This document shows positions 14,182 through 27,382 of a DNA stretch of 64,000 nucleotides, one piece after another (position 1 is the stretch's first letter; each line of letters starts with the position of its first letter). The notes below the pieces were generated by a model that saw only the letters and a list, made by a program, of their open reading frames with translations, did no database searches and had not been told where the DNA came from. The stretch comes from Carcharhinus longimanus. Lineage: Eukaryota. The translations under genes and the position numbers were made by a program. The stretch spans positions 92,305,768 through 92,369,767 of the forward strand of contig JASCQW010000081.1 of the NCBI GenBank assembly GCA_030264375.1, given 5' to 3'.

Positions 14182-14205
14182 CTTTTACTTGAGCAATCTT
14201 GTTAA
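14182..14205 (-). CDS. Candidate micro-exon (24 nt); xNKIAQVK
   Basis: cattttatatttAG|ttaacaagattgctcaagtaaaag|GTgaca; phase 1-1 but an off-pattern length. Confidence 0.3.
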
Positions 14206-14569
14206 CTAAATATAAAATGAATTTATTGGTCACACGCTAAATTCTGTAATTTTAAATAACAATTGAATAAACTGCTCAGAACATGCTACGATTTCAATTT
14301 AATTCAGTTGATAAACTGGAAGTAAAAATAAAAAAAGCTTGTGGATCGGTGGTCATGAAACAAACGTGGAAAACTGTAAAACCCTAACTGGTATACTAAT
14401 GTCTTATAACGAAGGAAATGTACTGCCCGTTTCTTGACCTCTATCTGACTCCAGGCCAAAAATGTGGGTGGTTCTCAACTGATCTCAGAAAAGGACCAGG
14501 AAGCCATGCAGCTCAAGAACAATTCAGAATTGGCAGTAACGATGCTATTGCCAGTGATTCTCACTTCCC

Positions 14570-16100
14570 ATGAGACTCTGACAGGCTTGAAAATTAACAA
14601 ATCGCCAGGCCCAACGGATTGCGTTCCAGGCTTCCGTGGGTGGTAAGGCACGATAATGCAGGGGCTCCGCACAAAATTTTATTTCCAGTCTGGCCACGGG
14701 AGAAGTTCCAGAGTATTGGAGGACGGCAGATGTGTTCCACTTTTCAAGAAGGGTGCTGCAGATATACCAGGAAATTACAGATGAGTGTGTTTCACCGTGT
14801 GGTAGGGATTCTATTGGAGAAAATTTTTAGGGAGAGAATTGAACTCCGCTGGGAAGGTATGGGTTAATTAGATGTAGTCAGCTTGGCTTGGTTAGCAGAA
14901 GTTTATGCCTGTCAATTTCGATAGAATTTTTCGAAAACGAGATCTAGTGTGTGGATGATGGAAGTGCAGCTGATGCAGTTTATTTGGTTTTTAGCAAAAC
15001 TTTCGACAATGACCCACTTGGGAGACTGGTTGAAAATGTTAAATGCAGGGAAACGTGGCAAGATGGGCCAGATCTGGCTTAGTATTAGGACAGGAAAAGT
15101 GGTTTTAGAAGCCTGTTTGAGTGATTGGAGGCAAGTAACCAGTGGCGTAGGAAAATGCCGGGAGCATTACTGTGTTGCACACATATAAATTTTAAAGATG
15201 AAAAACTGGGGAGAAGGGAATGAAAAGCAAGTTTGCAGATGACACCAAAATGGCACGGTGGTTTATAGTGCAGATGAATTTCTTAGGTTACAGGAAAATG
15301 TAGATGATTGGTCAGAATGGCATAGCAGTCGCAGATGGCATTTAACATTGATTCGTGCGAAGTGTTACCCTCGAAAGAAGTAACAACACAAAGAGTATTT
15401 AACGAATGGCAGGACACTGAAGCGCAAAGGAACAGATGGATCTTGTCGTACTATTCAAGGATGACTGAAGGCGGCATAACACGTCAATATAATTTTTAAG
15501 AAGGCATATGGGACATTTGCTTTTATCGCTCGTGACATCGAGTATACAGAAAAGAGATAATATTGAAACTATACAGAAATTTGGTTAGGCCACAGCTGGA
15601 GTACTGTGTACAATTCTGGGCATCTCACTATCGGAATAATGGGATTGCAGTAGAGGGGATGCAGTGGACATTTTCCAGGATGTTGCCTGGGATGGAGCAC
15701 TTGAATTAACAGACAAGAATGGACAAGTATTGAAGTTATTTCTCTAGAGCAGAGGAGGCCGAGGGGGTCATGATTCAGGCTCACAAGATTCTGAGTGGAT
15801 GAACAAGGTGAATAGGAAGCAATTGCTCCCCTTGCTTGAGGGGTCAGTCAGGAGGGAGATAGTTTACGGGTAAGGAGCAGGAAACTCAGAGGGTTTTGGG
15901 AATCTGGAAGCACTTGCCTGGGAAGCTAGTGGGGACAGGAAAACTTACAATACTTAAAATGTATTTGGTGGGCACTTGAAACATTATAACATTAGGATAT
16001 GGGAAAAGTGCTATAAAATGAGATTACCGCGAGTTTAGCGGTAGTCATTGTCGGCGCAGACTCGATGGCTGAACGGCCTTTTGCACGGTGTACGACTCTA
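14570..16100 (+). mobile_element. Degraded CR1 LINE ORF2 (RT) plus 3' UTR
   Basis: LKINKSPGP, KFADDTK and LVRPQLEYCVQFW motifs with many frameshifts. Confidence 0.9.
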
Positions 16101-16537
16101 TGTGCAATGTGTATCAATTACTGTTCGCGACGTGTTAAGACAATACAGGTAAAATTTCGAAAGAAGACAATGGGAAAGGAATGACAGCTGGGGTGCACCC
16201 ATTCTCCACGTTTTTAAATTTGTCTTCCATTGACTTTATTGCAGTGATACCCCGACCAGTATGCAAATGTATGGCAGGTCACTTAATGTTAATTTTCTTT
16301 CCTGCTCAAGTGGAATTTCAGTCTTGATCAACATAACTGAAATGTAATTGATAAGGAATTCAGGCGAGTGCCTTCAATTGAACATTAAATTTGTCATTGT
16401 CTGCATCGCAGCAAATTACCGAGAAGACAAAACAATCGTGCACAACTATTGATGTTCCCACCCAATTCTCTATCCAGTTTCACGATAAGCTACATCATAC
16501 ATTCCAACCAATGGAGAAAATTTTAGAGGGATCCGTG

Positions 16538-16805
16538 AACAGGGACGTGGATTCGATTCCTGGCTTGGGTCACTGACTGTGTGGAATCTGCAAATTCTCC
16601 CCGTGTCTGTGTAGGTTTCCTCTGGGTGCTCCAATTTCCTCTTACATCCGAAATACGTGCTGGTTAGGTCGATTAACTATGCTAAATTCTCCGTCAGTAA
16701 CCAAGCAGGCGCTGTCGTGTGGCGACTGGGAGATTTTCACAGTAACTTCATTACAGTGTTAATTTAAGTTTATTTGTGACATTAATAGACAAACTTTAAA
16801 CTTTA
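16538..16805 (+). mobile_element. tRNA-derived SINE, 5' truncated
   Basis: ttcgattcctggcttgggtcactgactgtgtgga core; (aaacttt)n tail. Confidence 0.8.
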
Positions 16806-17459
16806 TTCACTTTACAACAGGGAGAAACCTGCTGGGTATAAACATCATTGAACGCTGTGAGCATTCTATTATAAAGGATTTGAGAAATACTAAATTCACA
16901 GAATAGGCACAAAGAAGGTAAAATTTTCTAAACCATTGCCATGCGTCAGTTAAATTCTCGTGTTCAATCATGGCTTCATGGAAATTATTACAATATGCCG
17001 AGGCCACTCAAAGAAAATTGCGATGGTGCTTAATACAATTAATTTATTGCATAGGTTTAATAGGAAATAACCGTTTTCAATGACAGGAGCGTCGAAACCA
17101 GAAACTACCGATTCAGAGTTATTGGTAAAAAACATGGTAAGTGACACGAAGATATAATAATCTATAATACGAGTTGTGATGTTGTAATTAACACTGTTTG
17201 AAAGTTTGATATCTTCAGAAATGAAATTGTAGAAGTACTTCATAGGACCCTTCAGAGGGCGATCGTGGAAGAACCAGGGAGAATGATTATTGGATTTATT
17301 AATGGAACGAACTCGTATAGGTGCAGTGCATTGAGCGGATATCTTCTATTCGGCACCATGTTCAAACTGAAACAGTTCATAAGTGTAGATGAAGCTTAGA
17401 AAGTGCAACACCGATCACCATGGCTGATCAGAAATCATCAAATTAAGTTGATACTTTAC

Positions 17460-17486
17460 TGAATTGGATTCGAAGCACTTCATTCG
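17460..17486 (-). CDS. Micro-exon E11 (27 nt); ANEVLRIQF
   Basis: tttctgttttattgcAG|cgaatgaagtgcttcgaatccaattca|GTaaag; strong acceptor, moderate donor. Confidence 0.5.
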
Positions 17487-18601
17487 CTGCAATAAAACAG
17501 AAATCGTCAATATATCGCCAAAGTAGAATATAGACACTATTGTTATTTTCAATTGCTGCATTTCCGAGCATGAAGAACAGTCACAGAGGATCAGTCGCCT
17601 TTTATCCACCACTCCAACAGTTCAGCTGTTCTTGACAGAGTCCACTCTGCATCCGAGTTGAAGCTGATTTCCACGTCAACATTTTTTCTCATATGTTGTG
17701 GAGATAGGTGCGTGATTCTGTTCATGTGCGTGTGTGCTAATGCATACAGAAACCATGGAGCAATAGGAGTGTTGTTGAGGGTGAAGGAGCGGCGGCGAGG
17801 TATGGTCTTCGCTTTATCAAATACTTAATTTAAAAATGGATTGGCCATTTTAACAGAGAGTATTAGACAGGCAATTGGTGAGGTCCTAGATAATCTTAAT
17901 TTAACTCGTCACATTTACCTTCCCATTGAATGCAATGGATATCAGTCGTAGTTGGAGAAGTCATGTATTGGATTTTGCCATTATCAACCGGGAAAAGGAG
18001 GCCGACCGGAACCGACTTGATCCGAGGCGGTAAAGGGTCGTTAAAACCCAATTGAGAATCTTTGCCGCAAAGTTGCTAGAAATGTTCAAACTTAAAACTT
18101 CCTTCAACCAACACGCTGCTCTCTGAATCTGTCTTCACGTTTTTTCATCAAAAAAATCAGAACATGATTTGATACCTCAAACAAATTGCCACATCCAGGA
18201 GCATAATCTGGTGACATATACATCATGTTTCCAGCAACAGCTCATTTCTTCCACCATCGCGTGTTCTCGTTATGACCACCGTAAAACACTCCCATGCGTT
18301 ATCTATCATACCTCAGAAAATTGCAAAGTAATTTGGGAGGTACACTCATTCAGACAATCATGAAGTAACTAATCCCTTGTCTCTTGCACATAGCAAGCAG
18401 GTGTGAGGGATTTAGATGATTGGTTTCTGGCTGCAGAGGGACCAGCCACTGAACTTACATCGTTGGTCTAATTCAATTAATGCTGAATTAAATTGTCACA
18501 ATGTGAGATTGTGACAATTAATACTAATTTATCTGCTTTCCGTGGAATAGATTTGCAAAGCACGATATAGATTATATCATTCAGAGTGGTAAACATCTTA
18601 C

Positions 18602-18643
18602 CGGATTGTTGTATTGGAAGATTTCTCCGAGGCTGTATGATTT
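18602..18643 (-). CDS. Micro-exon E10 (42 nt); EIIQPRRNLPIQQS
   Basis: caatattcacAG|aaatcatacagcctcggagaaatcttccaatacaacaatccg|GTaaga; begins EI like the 36-nt class. Confidence 0.6.
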
Positions 18644-20082
18644 CTGTGAATATTGTATTGTTTGGTATTCTTTACATATATAAAGTATGAGACGCTTTTG
18701 CTTAGCAACTAGTAACCAGTTGAAATGTTCTACTCAAATGCAATGCTTCCGGCGGTTAAATGAATAGGTATTCGAATAAAAAGTCTTATTCTGCATGATA
18801 CATCTTAACTTTAAATTGTCTGCTCCTCTTTTCCGAAAATAGATATCTCTAATATTGCTCGTATCTCACTATAGTAATTGGGGTTCAGTTGTCTTGTCAT
18901 TCCCAAGCTATAAATTGACTGAAAGTAGTTTGTCACTATTTTGCGGCAGATAGCAAGTGTATCCATATTTGGGTTAATAATATAAACAATAATCATCACA
19001 TTGAGTCAAAGGGTCTCATAAAATTGTGGTTTGTGCATTAGAAACTGAACAGGTTTATATGCGCTCCACATGTTGTAATTAGTTATAATAATATATAATA
19101 ATAATGTTATAATCATATTGGTATCAGCATTCAGTATTCCTTCAGGGATATTTGAGCGAGGGTCAAGTCCCACATTTCGATGGAATCGTATCATAAAAGA
19201 GCTATTGTGACAAATATCATTCCTCAATGAGCATCATAAAATAACGATTGTCCAGCTACCTCTGTTTGTGTGAATTTCCTGTGTGTTAATTGGATGTCTC
19301 TTTTCATACTGCTCAAAAACCCCCCTGCAAATTGTTTTTGATCGTCCACTAGTCATGCATTGGTACAAATATTTCATTCTTTCTCTCAGCTCAATCAGGA
19401 TAACAATTGCACCAATTAACATTTCGCACCGACTTAAACTTGGGACAATTGTTCAGCCTAATTAATAAACTAACCCAAGCCTCCATATCTATTGGAAATA
19501 TATGAACATTTCCACCTATCCAGCATTGGAGTGCACCATTTAGATTACAAGCAAGAATAAAAAAGTGACTGACTTTGTGAAAATAATTATTTAATTGGTC
19601 TTTGCATAATGATGATTGGATAAGCTACTTTGCTGGCAGAAATTCTTCCCGAGGTACTATTTTCAGAAATGAAATTGCTACGCAAAGCCAATATAATTTG
19701 GGCCTGGGAAGTATTCACTTGCATGCAGAAACCATTCTCCCAAATTATTTGTTCATATATTTTCACGAATACTGATGCACATTTTGTATAGCAATTGTTA
19801 GTGATCATCAATAAGAAAATATTTGTAAACAGATTCAGAAATGGCGTCAAAGTTAAAACATAGAATCAACTTAATTGCAGTGATGTCAACAAGCATTGGC
19901 AAAAGTTCACCGAGTGAATCATCAGTGATAAATTTCGACATGACAGGAAAATCACCTAATTTCTTCTAACACTTTGGTGCATCAGGTGCCGATCAAAAAT
20001 CAATCATTTTATGGAAACAAACATAAAAAGGAGAAAATAATATGATTAAAAATATAAATTGTAGCATGTGGCGAGAATTTAC

Positions 20083-20109
20083 CTTTCTCTTTTTGCTTCA
20101 GGCTTTCTT
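20083..20109 (-). CDS. Micro-exon E9 (27 nt); QESLKQKEK
   Basis: ttcatttgcccaattAG|aagaaagcctgaagcaaaaagagaaag|GTaaat. Confidence 0.8.
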
Positions 20110-20354
20110 CTAATTGGGCAAATGAATTGTGAAATAAGGCAAAATGCATTGGGTAGTTTACAATGCATTGTAATGGCCATCTACACCTTTATTTCCACTG
20201 AAGTATCTGGATAAAGTGTCCAATGAATTGTTATGTTAAACAAATGCCCTGGCTTATCCAGAATCTTTTGACATTGCGAAAGCTTGGAAATAATTTCTCT
20301 ATCAAGAAGTATATGAAGATAATATCTCACTTAACCCAAATAGGTTTTACTCAC

Positions 20355-20390
20355 GTGTCTTTTGCAAAGTTTGCTTCATGATACTAAGTT
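20355..20390 (-). CDS. Micro-exon E8 (36 nt); ELSIMKQTLQKT
   Basis: tttttgtttttcAG|aacttagtatcatgaagcaaactttgcaaaagacac|GTgagt. Confidence 0.85.
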
Positions 20391-20854
20391 CTGAAAAACA
20401 AAAATGTCTTATATAAAATCTAAAATTTTATTTTGCGTCCACTTCTTTATAATAGGAGATCCAAAAATATAATTTACTTTAGCGACAATATAGCACGTCT
20501 CTAACTTTGCAGAATAATTTTTTTTCCACTGCACAGCAGTGTTAGAGAATAAAACTACATATATTGAGGATTCAATTTCTCTCTAAATGTGGTGAAACAT
20601 CTTGCATTAGAGGAAACATTTGTTTGGCTAAGAGAAATGTGCATGTGGTTTAAGAAACACCTTAGAATACTAAAAACATCATTTTAGAAGTGCGAAAACA
20701 GACACATCTGTTCAGATGAAGAGATTAACTGATTTTAATGATCCAATAAGAGATCAATTTGTTACTTTCCCCTTCGGTTACAGTTCACCATGAAAGTCTT
20801 CAATACATAATAGATTACCAATTGATACACATTTTCATAAGAAAGGTAAAGAAA

Positions 20855-22240
20855 ATAATAACTAAGAACAGAAGTAGGCAATTCAGCCCATCGACCCTGC
20901 TCCACCATTCAGTACAATCGTCGCCTATCTCACCTCGGGATCAACTCCACTCTCCTGACTGTTCCCCATAACGTTCAACCCAATACTTATTGAATACCTA
21001 TCACCTCCTCAAATTTACTCACTGTCCCACCGTATACCGCTCTTTGAGGTAGTGAATAGTAATGATTCATGACACTTGAGAAATGTTGTTTCTCCTTATC
21101 TATACTTGAAATGTGCAACCCCTTATCGTAAAACGATGCCATCTTGTTCCAGATTGGCTAACCAGAAGAAGCATCGCGCTATTCCAACCTGTTCTACGCT
21201 TTTTATCATCCTGTACGTCTCAATTAGACTTCCTCACTCCCTTGTAAACTCCGCTAAGCATAGGTCTGAACTGCTCCAAGTCCATTAGTAATACAAAACA
21301 CCCATCTTTAGAATCAATCTGGTGAACGCCCTATGGACTGCCTCTCATGCCATTGCATGCTTCCTGAAATAACAGGACCAAAATCGTACATTGCCCTCCA
21401 GGAGGTTTGTTTCAGAAACATTTATTTTCTTTCAAACTCGCTTCCTTTACCTATAGGTGCAAAAACAGAATCTGCTTTCCTTGTTTACTGCTGTATCTGC
21501 ACACCAGTTTTCTGGGACACAGGCACGAGGACACTCAGATCTTTTCACACCAAAGCACCATAAAGTCTCTGTATATTTAGATATTAAATTGCCTTTCAAT
21601 GTATCCTACTAAATGGATAACATCACACTCCATCCTCCGTTAAGCTCACATTTTGGCCTAGCCACCTAAACTATCCATTCAGAGAATCCCTAAAATGCAG
21701 AACGAGGTCGTTCGGTGCATCGGGCCTGCGCCAATTCAACGTCTCACCCAGGCCCACGCATCCCACGCCCGCCCAATGCCCAGTACCCGTCATCCACCTC
21801 ACCTACGCAACTTAGGTACTAAGAGGTTATTTAGCAAGGGCAATCCACACAGATAGTCGCCCAAGGCCAGCCTCGAACACCGGTCCATAGCACTGTGAGG
21901 CAACAGTGCTATTCATTATGCCACCATGTGGCATTATCTATTTGTAAATTTCTTACTTCTTCACCGGATCTGAGGATCCTACCTATTTTAGTGTCATCCA
22001 CAAATGTGACTCTGTTATCTTCTATCCCTGTATCAAAGTTGCTAATATGGATTGTAAGTGGTTCGTGCCCGAAGATCAAATAATGTGGCACCTCAATGGT
22101 TACATCTTGCCAGCCAGAAAAAGTACCATTTGTCCCGAATCTCTGTTTTCTGTCAGTCAGCCAGTCTTCCATTAAATCTAATACATTGCTTCTGACTCCA
22201 TGTGATCTGATCTCGTTCATTAACCTTCTGTGTGGTACCA
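20855..22240 (-). mobile_element. Degraded CR1 LINE with nested SINE at about 21680-21925
   Basis: Minus ORF 21909-22295 contains WLTDRKQR..NGTFSGWQDVT and FVDDTKIG. Confidence 0.85.
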
Positions 22241-22354
22241 TACAGGTGTTACAGGCGGGATAGAGAAGGATGTAAAAGGTGTGGGAGAGTTGCACTACTA
22301 GTTAAGGCTGCACTGCGGAGGACACTTCGAAGGGCTCATTCAGTGAGACAATAT

Positions 22355-22815
22355 AGAACATAGAAAAACTACAGCACAAATAGGCCCTTCGGTCCACAGG
22401 TTGCGCTGATGATATCCATATCGACTAGGCCCTCAATTCTATTAAGTCCCATGTACTCATGCAGAAGTCTCTTGAAATACGCTATCGAATTTGCCTCCAC
22501 CACCACCGACGGCAGCCGATTCCATTCAGCAACAACCTTTAAGTGAAAAACTTACCCCTGTTATCTCCTTTGTACGTACTCCCCTGCACCCTAAACCTGT
22601 GTTATTTCGTAGCAACCATTCCAGCCCTTGGAAAAAGCCTCTGAGAACCCAGCCAATCTATACCTCTCAACATCTTATACCCTTCTATCAGGTCACCTCT
22701 CATCCTTCGTTTCCCTCAACCGATCCTCTTAAGGCATGCCACCCAATCCAGGCAACATCCTTATAAATCTCCTCTGCACCCTTTCAATAGCTTTCACATC
22801 CTTCCTGTAATGAGA
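22355..22815 (-). mobile_element. CR1 LINE 3' fragment
   Basis: (atagaac)n tail; ccaggcaacatcct..aaatctcctctgcaccctttc is the reverse complement of an ERVQRRFxRMLP-like segment. Confidence 0.75.
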
Positions 22816-23067
22816 ACTGGGTAGAGCTCAAGAATAAGAAGGGTATAGTCACAATGTTGGGGGTTTAACCATAGGCTGCCCAACAACTAGAGGGAGATAG
22901 AGGAACAGATATGCAGGCAGAATGTGAGAAGGTGTAAAAGTGACAGCGTTGCTGAGGTGGGAGATTCCAACTTGACTATATTATCTGGGACTCACTTCAT
23001 CCTCGGGGCATGAATGGGGTAGAGCTTGTAAGGAGCATCAGGGGGGCTTCTTGAAGCAATGAGTGCA

Positions 23068-23339
23068 TGAGTGCATGAGTCGCAAAAACCCAGCCTACAG
23101 GTGCAGCAGGTGGTCAGGAAGGCAAATGGGATGCTGGCCTTCGTAGCGAGGGGGATTGAATATAAAAGTAGGGAGGTCTTGCTGCAGCTGTATTGGGCAC
23201 TGGTGAGGCCGCAGCTGGAGTACTGTGTGCAGTTTTGGTCGCCGCACTTACGCAAGGATATTTTGGCTTTGGAGGGAGTGCAGAGGAGGTTTACTAGGCT
23301 GATACCGGAGTTGAGGGGGTTGAGCTATGAGGAGAGGCT
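23068..23339 (+). mobile_element. Young CR1 LINE ORF2 C-terminal fragment, intact frame running into a gap
   Basis: KANGMLAFVARGIEYKSREVLLQLYWALVRPQLEYCVQFWSPHLRKDILALEGVQRRFTRLIP. Confidence 0.95.
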
Positions 23340-23864
23340 NNNNNNNNNNNNNNNNNNNNNNNNNNNNNNNNNNNNNNNNNNNNNNNNNNNNNNNNNNNNN
23401 NNNNNNNNNNNNNNNNNNNNNNNNNNNNNNNNNNNNNNNCCTAGTTCACAGAAACCCACAGGACTGGAGAGGCCATTCACGGAATGGAAGGTTCCATCAG
23501 CGCTGGCCTTTCACAATATTCCATACTGCCTGTGAAAACGGAATGAACTTTAACATGAAAGCGTTGCCGCAACACCGATAGTGAAACAATACCACAATGG
23601 CTAATCAGGATGCGAAATCAAATACTAATGAAGATTGTAACGCAGTCTGAATCAGGCATTGTGAGAAAGTGGTGAGTAATCTTCAATGTGCTGAATGCGT
23701 AACCCAGAGGTTTCGATCTATCATTAGAGATCGGGAAGAGTTGCCAAGGATCTGGACCCATTTAGTGCTGCCAACTCTGGTTCGTTGTATCCCTGGATCG
23801 TGAAAAGTGCTATCTATATAAATGCAATATCTTTCTACCTTTGTGTAAAGATTTAGATATTTTA

Positions 23865-23982
23865 GGCTGGCACAGTGGTTAGCACTGCTGCCTTACAGCG
23901 CCAGAGACCCGGGTTCGATTCCAGCCTCAGAGTTTGCATGTTCTCCCCATGTCGGTGTGGGTTTCCTCAGGGTTTCCCCGGA
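23865..23982 (+). mobile_element. SINE 5' half
   Basis: ggcacagtggttagcactgctgccttacagcgccagagacccgggttcgattcc. Confidence 0.85.
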
Positions 23983-24081
23983 GGTCTCATCAGCGGCAGC
24001 CACCTCACTCAGCATTTTCTTTCGAACCTAACACTTTTTATAGCTGAGAAACAGTAACAAAAATTTAAATGCCTATATTAT

Positions 24082-24392
24082 AGGATCTCTACAGTGTAGA
24101 TGGAGGCCTTTCGGCCCATTGCATCTGCACTGATCACAACCCCACCCCCCCTGGCCCTATCCCCATACATTTACCCTAGCTAGTCCCTCCTGACAACTAA
24201 GGGAGAATTTAGCATGGCCAATCCACCCAACCCGCATGTCTTTGACCATGGGAGGAAACCGGAGCACCCAGAGGAAACCCATACAGACATGGGGGAGAAC
24301 ATGCAAACTCCACACAGACCATCACCCAAGCCAGGAATCGAACCTGGGTCCCTGACACTATGAGGCTAACCACTGTGCTACCATGCCACCCC
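24082..24392 (-). mobile_element. Near full-length tRNA-derived SINE
   Basis: Reverse complement of the 1478-1860 family. Confidence 0.85.
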
Positions 24393-25424
24393 AACTACGG
24401 AAAGGTATCTTTAGGCATTTTTCACCAGAGCTGTACACATCAGCTATCGAGGAGACTATTCCTGATTCATAGAGACTCCAGGACAATCCTAGAGCGTTGG
24501 CAACCCTAAATCCACGGGCATTCTATGCTTTGACTGGGAATTCCAGGTAACCAGAAGCAGTAAGGAATGCCAGTCATTTGGCATAATACAGGAATATTGG
24601 GATGGCTCTCCCAGGGAACGCTGTGGGAGAATTAGCAGCTCACAATATCTGTTGTCCTGTGTTTTCTTATTGCGTGTTCCTATGAACGGTACTCTGCACT
24701 GGGAGTTTCCTATCTAAAATCAACTCTTCTTTCCAAGACTGAGGAAGGACAAGTAGTTTCACACGCTGGAAATGCTGTTGTCCGCTGGGATGGCATGCGA
24801 GTGGAACGATGGGCAAACGGAGTCCATTGGAATTTTTATTTGGTGGGAATGAAGAGGAACAAGGCTTGTTTTCCTGGAATTCTACGCTTGGAACAGGAAT
24901 GTGTGTTCTGCTTCTATGGAACAAGCAATCAAAATGTGGAAACTTTGCCTAAAATGCAGTGTGGGGCAATACAGTGTTTAAGATGGTTCTGTATAATTTA
25001 TTTGACAAATCCTGAAGTCACATTGTAAAGATATTTTTTGACTTGTTATTATTGCTACTGTGAATAAATCAAACTTTGTAATAAAGTCACTGCGTCACAT
25101 GTCATTTACTGTTTCACAGTATCAATGAGGAACTATACACCATTCTTAAAGGGCCAGTGGATACATGATTAAATATAAGATTTTTTTGCAATCATTTGCC
25201 TGTAAATCAACCCTTTCGTTCGCTCATTACAATCTTCTTTGATTCGATTTACTATTGTCGCATGTATTAGTGTACAGTGAAAAGTATTGTTTCTTGTGTG
25301 CTATACAGAGCATACCATTCATAGAGAAGAAAACAAGAGAGTGCAGAATGTAGTGTTACAGTCATAGCAATCTCCATTTCGCTTTGTAACATCTATTAAA
25401 TTCCATGTCTATTTGATTGAAAAA

Positions 25425-25727
25425 TAGAATCACAGAATCCCTACAATATGGGAAGAGTCCATTCGGCCCATTGAGTCTGCACTGACTCTCTGACAGAGTA
25501 TCCCACCCAGACCCAATCCCCACGTATTTACCCCGCTAGTTCCCCCAACATCTTGGGACACCAAAGGGCAATTTGGCACGACCAATCAACCCAACCTACA
25601 CAAATTTAGACTGTGGGAGGAAACCGGAGCACTGGGAGGAAACTGGGAGAATGTGCAAACTCGAAGGCGGGAATCGAACCCGGGTCTCTGGCACAGTGAG
25701 GCAGCAACACTAACCACTGTGCCGCCC
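25425..25727 (-). mobile_element. tRNA-derived SINE
   Basis: gggaatcgaacccgggtctctggcacagtgaggcagcaacactaaccactgtgcc. Confidence 0.85.
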
Positions 25728-25761
25728 TAAAATATCTAAATCTTTATGCAAAGGTAGAAAC

Positions 25762-26068
25762 GAGTTTCATTTATACTGCACCTTTCATGATCTTGGCAGG
25801 TCCCCAAAGTGCTTTACAATCATTTGACGTGTAGTCGTTGCAATGTAGGAGAAGATGCAATTGTGTGTACTGATGCTCAGCAAGATCCCTGAAAATAATA
25901 ACTTAATGAAGATCAGATCGCCTGTGTTTGAGTGATGTTGGTTGAGGGGTAAATAACGGTCAGAACACTAGCCGGAACTGCCCTGCCTTTCTTCAAAATA
26001 GTGCCGGGGGATCTTTGGAGTCACCTCAGGAAGGGGATGGGGCTCACAATCCAGCATCTCATCCAAAA
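25762..26068 (-). mobile_element. Deu-domain-like SINE with L2-type tail
   Basis: catttatactgcacctttca tail; aaagtgctttaca..gtgtagtcgttgcaatgtagga and gtgatgttggttgaggg core. Confidence 0.55.
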
Positions 26069-26354
26069 AGGCTGGAATTTTACTGTCCCTCGTGCCACGG
26101 GAATCAGAACGGGCGAGGGTTGGACCACGGAAAGGTCCGTTAATGCCTCCGTGGCTTATTTTATTTGTGCTGTTCCCCAGTAAAAGCTTGTGCGAAAGTC
26201 AGTGAGCCTAACGCCTTTGATATTATTCAGCGTTTGCAGCTGTGAGAGAGGCTGTAAAACGCCACCCATCTTGTCCAGCAGTGCGGAGCTCTCTCAGTGC
26301 TGGGACCGGGATGCCAGTTTATATTCATAGCACCACAGAGTCCCTGCAGTCTAA

Positions 26355-26426
26355 GCGATTTTCGTGTAGCGGTGAGCAGAGCTGCCTTCCAAACAGTTGA
26401 CCCAGGTTCAATTCCCAGCAATCGCA
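26355..26426 (+). pseudogene. tRNA-Gly(TCC) pseudogene or degenerate copy
   Basis: 72 nt colinear with vertebrate tRNA-Gly-TCC (GGTGAGCAgAGCTGCCTTCCAAaCAGTTGACCCaGGTTCaATTCCC); anticodon TCC at 26388-26390; T5 tract at 26436-26440; mismatches in all four stems. Confidence 0.85.
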
Positions 26427-26694
26427 ATCTGTCCGTTTTTCAGGGCCATGATGTGGAGATGCTGGTGTTAGACTGGGGCGGGCACAGTAAGTAGTCTCAC
26501 AACACCAAGTTTATTTGGTAGCAAGAGCTTTTGGAATCGCCCATTAGTGTCCCGGGACGCATAAGTTAGAGAGAATGGTGGGGTAAATATGTGGAATTAT
26601 GTGGATAAGGTCTGCATGGAGTTGTTGTTGGTATGGACTCATTGGGCTGAATTGTTTAGTTCAGTTTAGTTTAGTTTATTTATTAGTATCACAA

Positions 26695-27382
26695 GTAAAG
26701 GGCAGTAAGACTAGAGGGCACAGCCTCAAGATAAAGGGGGGGCGGTTTAGAATGGAGTTGAGGAGGAACTTCTCAAAGGGTGGTGAATCTCTGGAATTCT
26801 CTGCCCGTTGAAGTGGTGGAGGCTGCGTCTCTAAATATTTTTAAGACGCGGGTAGATAGGTTTTTGATAGGCAAGGGGATTAAGGGTTATGGGGAGAGGG
26901 CGGGAATGTGGAACTGAGACACGACAGATCAGCCATGATCTTATTGAAAGGCGGGGCAGGCTCGAGGGGCTAGGTGGCCTACTCCTGCTCCTATTTCTTA
27001 TGTTCTTATGTGTCAGCATTCACCAAAAGGACAGACTTTGTGGATGATGATTCTGGGGAAGGGTATGTAGATAGTTCATGTCATGTTGAGATCAAAATCG
27101 AACAGGTATTGAGGGTCTTAAGAAACCTTAAAGTAGACTACTCCCCAGGGCCTGATGGCATATACCAAAGAATAAGGAGAGAGGCAAGGGAAGAAATTGC
27201 TTGGGACTTGAGAGAAACTTTTGTATATTCACTGGCTACAGGGGAGGCCCCAGAGGATTGGAGAATATCTTATGTGGTTCCTTTGTTTAAGAAAAGTAGC
27301 AAGGATAATCCAGGTAATTACAAACTGTTGAGCCTTCTTTCAGTGGTAGGAACATTTTAGGAGAGGATTCTTCGAGACAGGA
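26695..27382 (+). mobile_element. Young CR1 3' end followed by an older CR1 RT fragment
   Basis: KTRGHSLKIKGGRFR and ttcttatg tail to about 27010; then LKVDYSPGPDGIY..PEDWR..VVPLFKK..DNPGNY. Confidence 0.9.
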
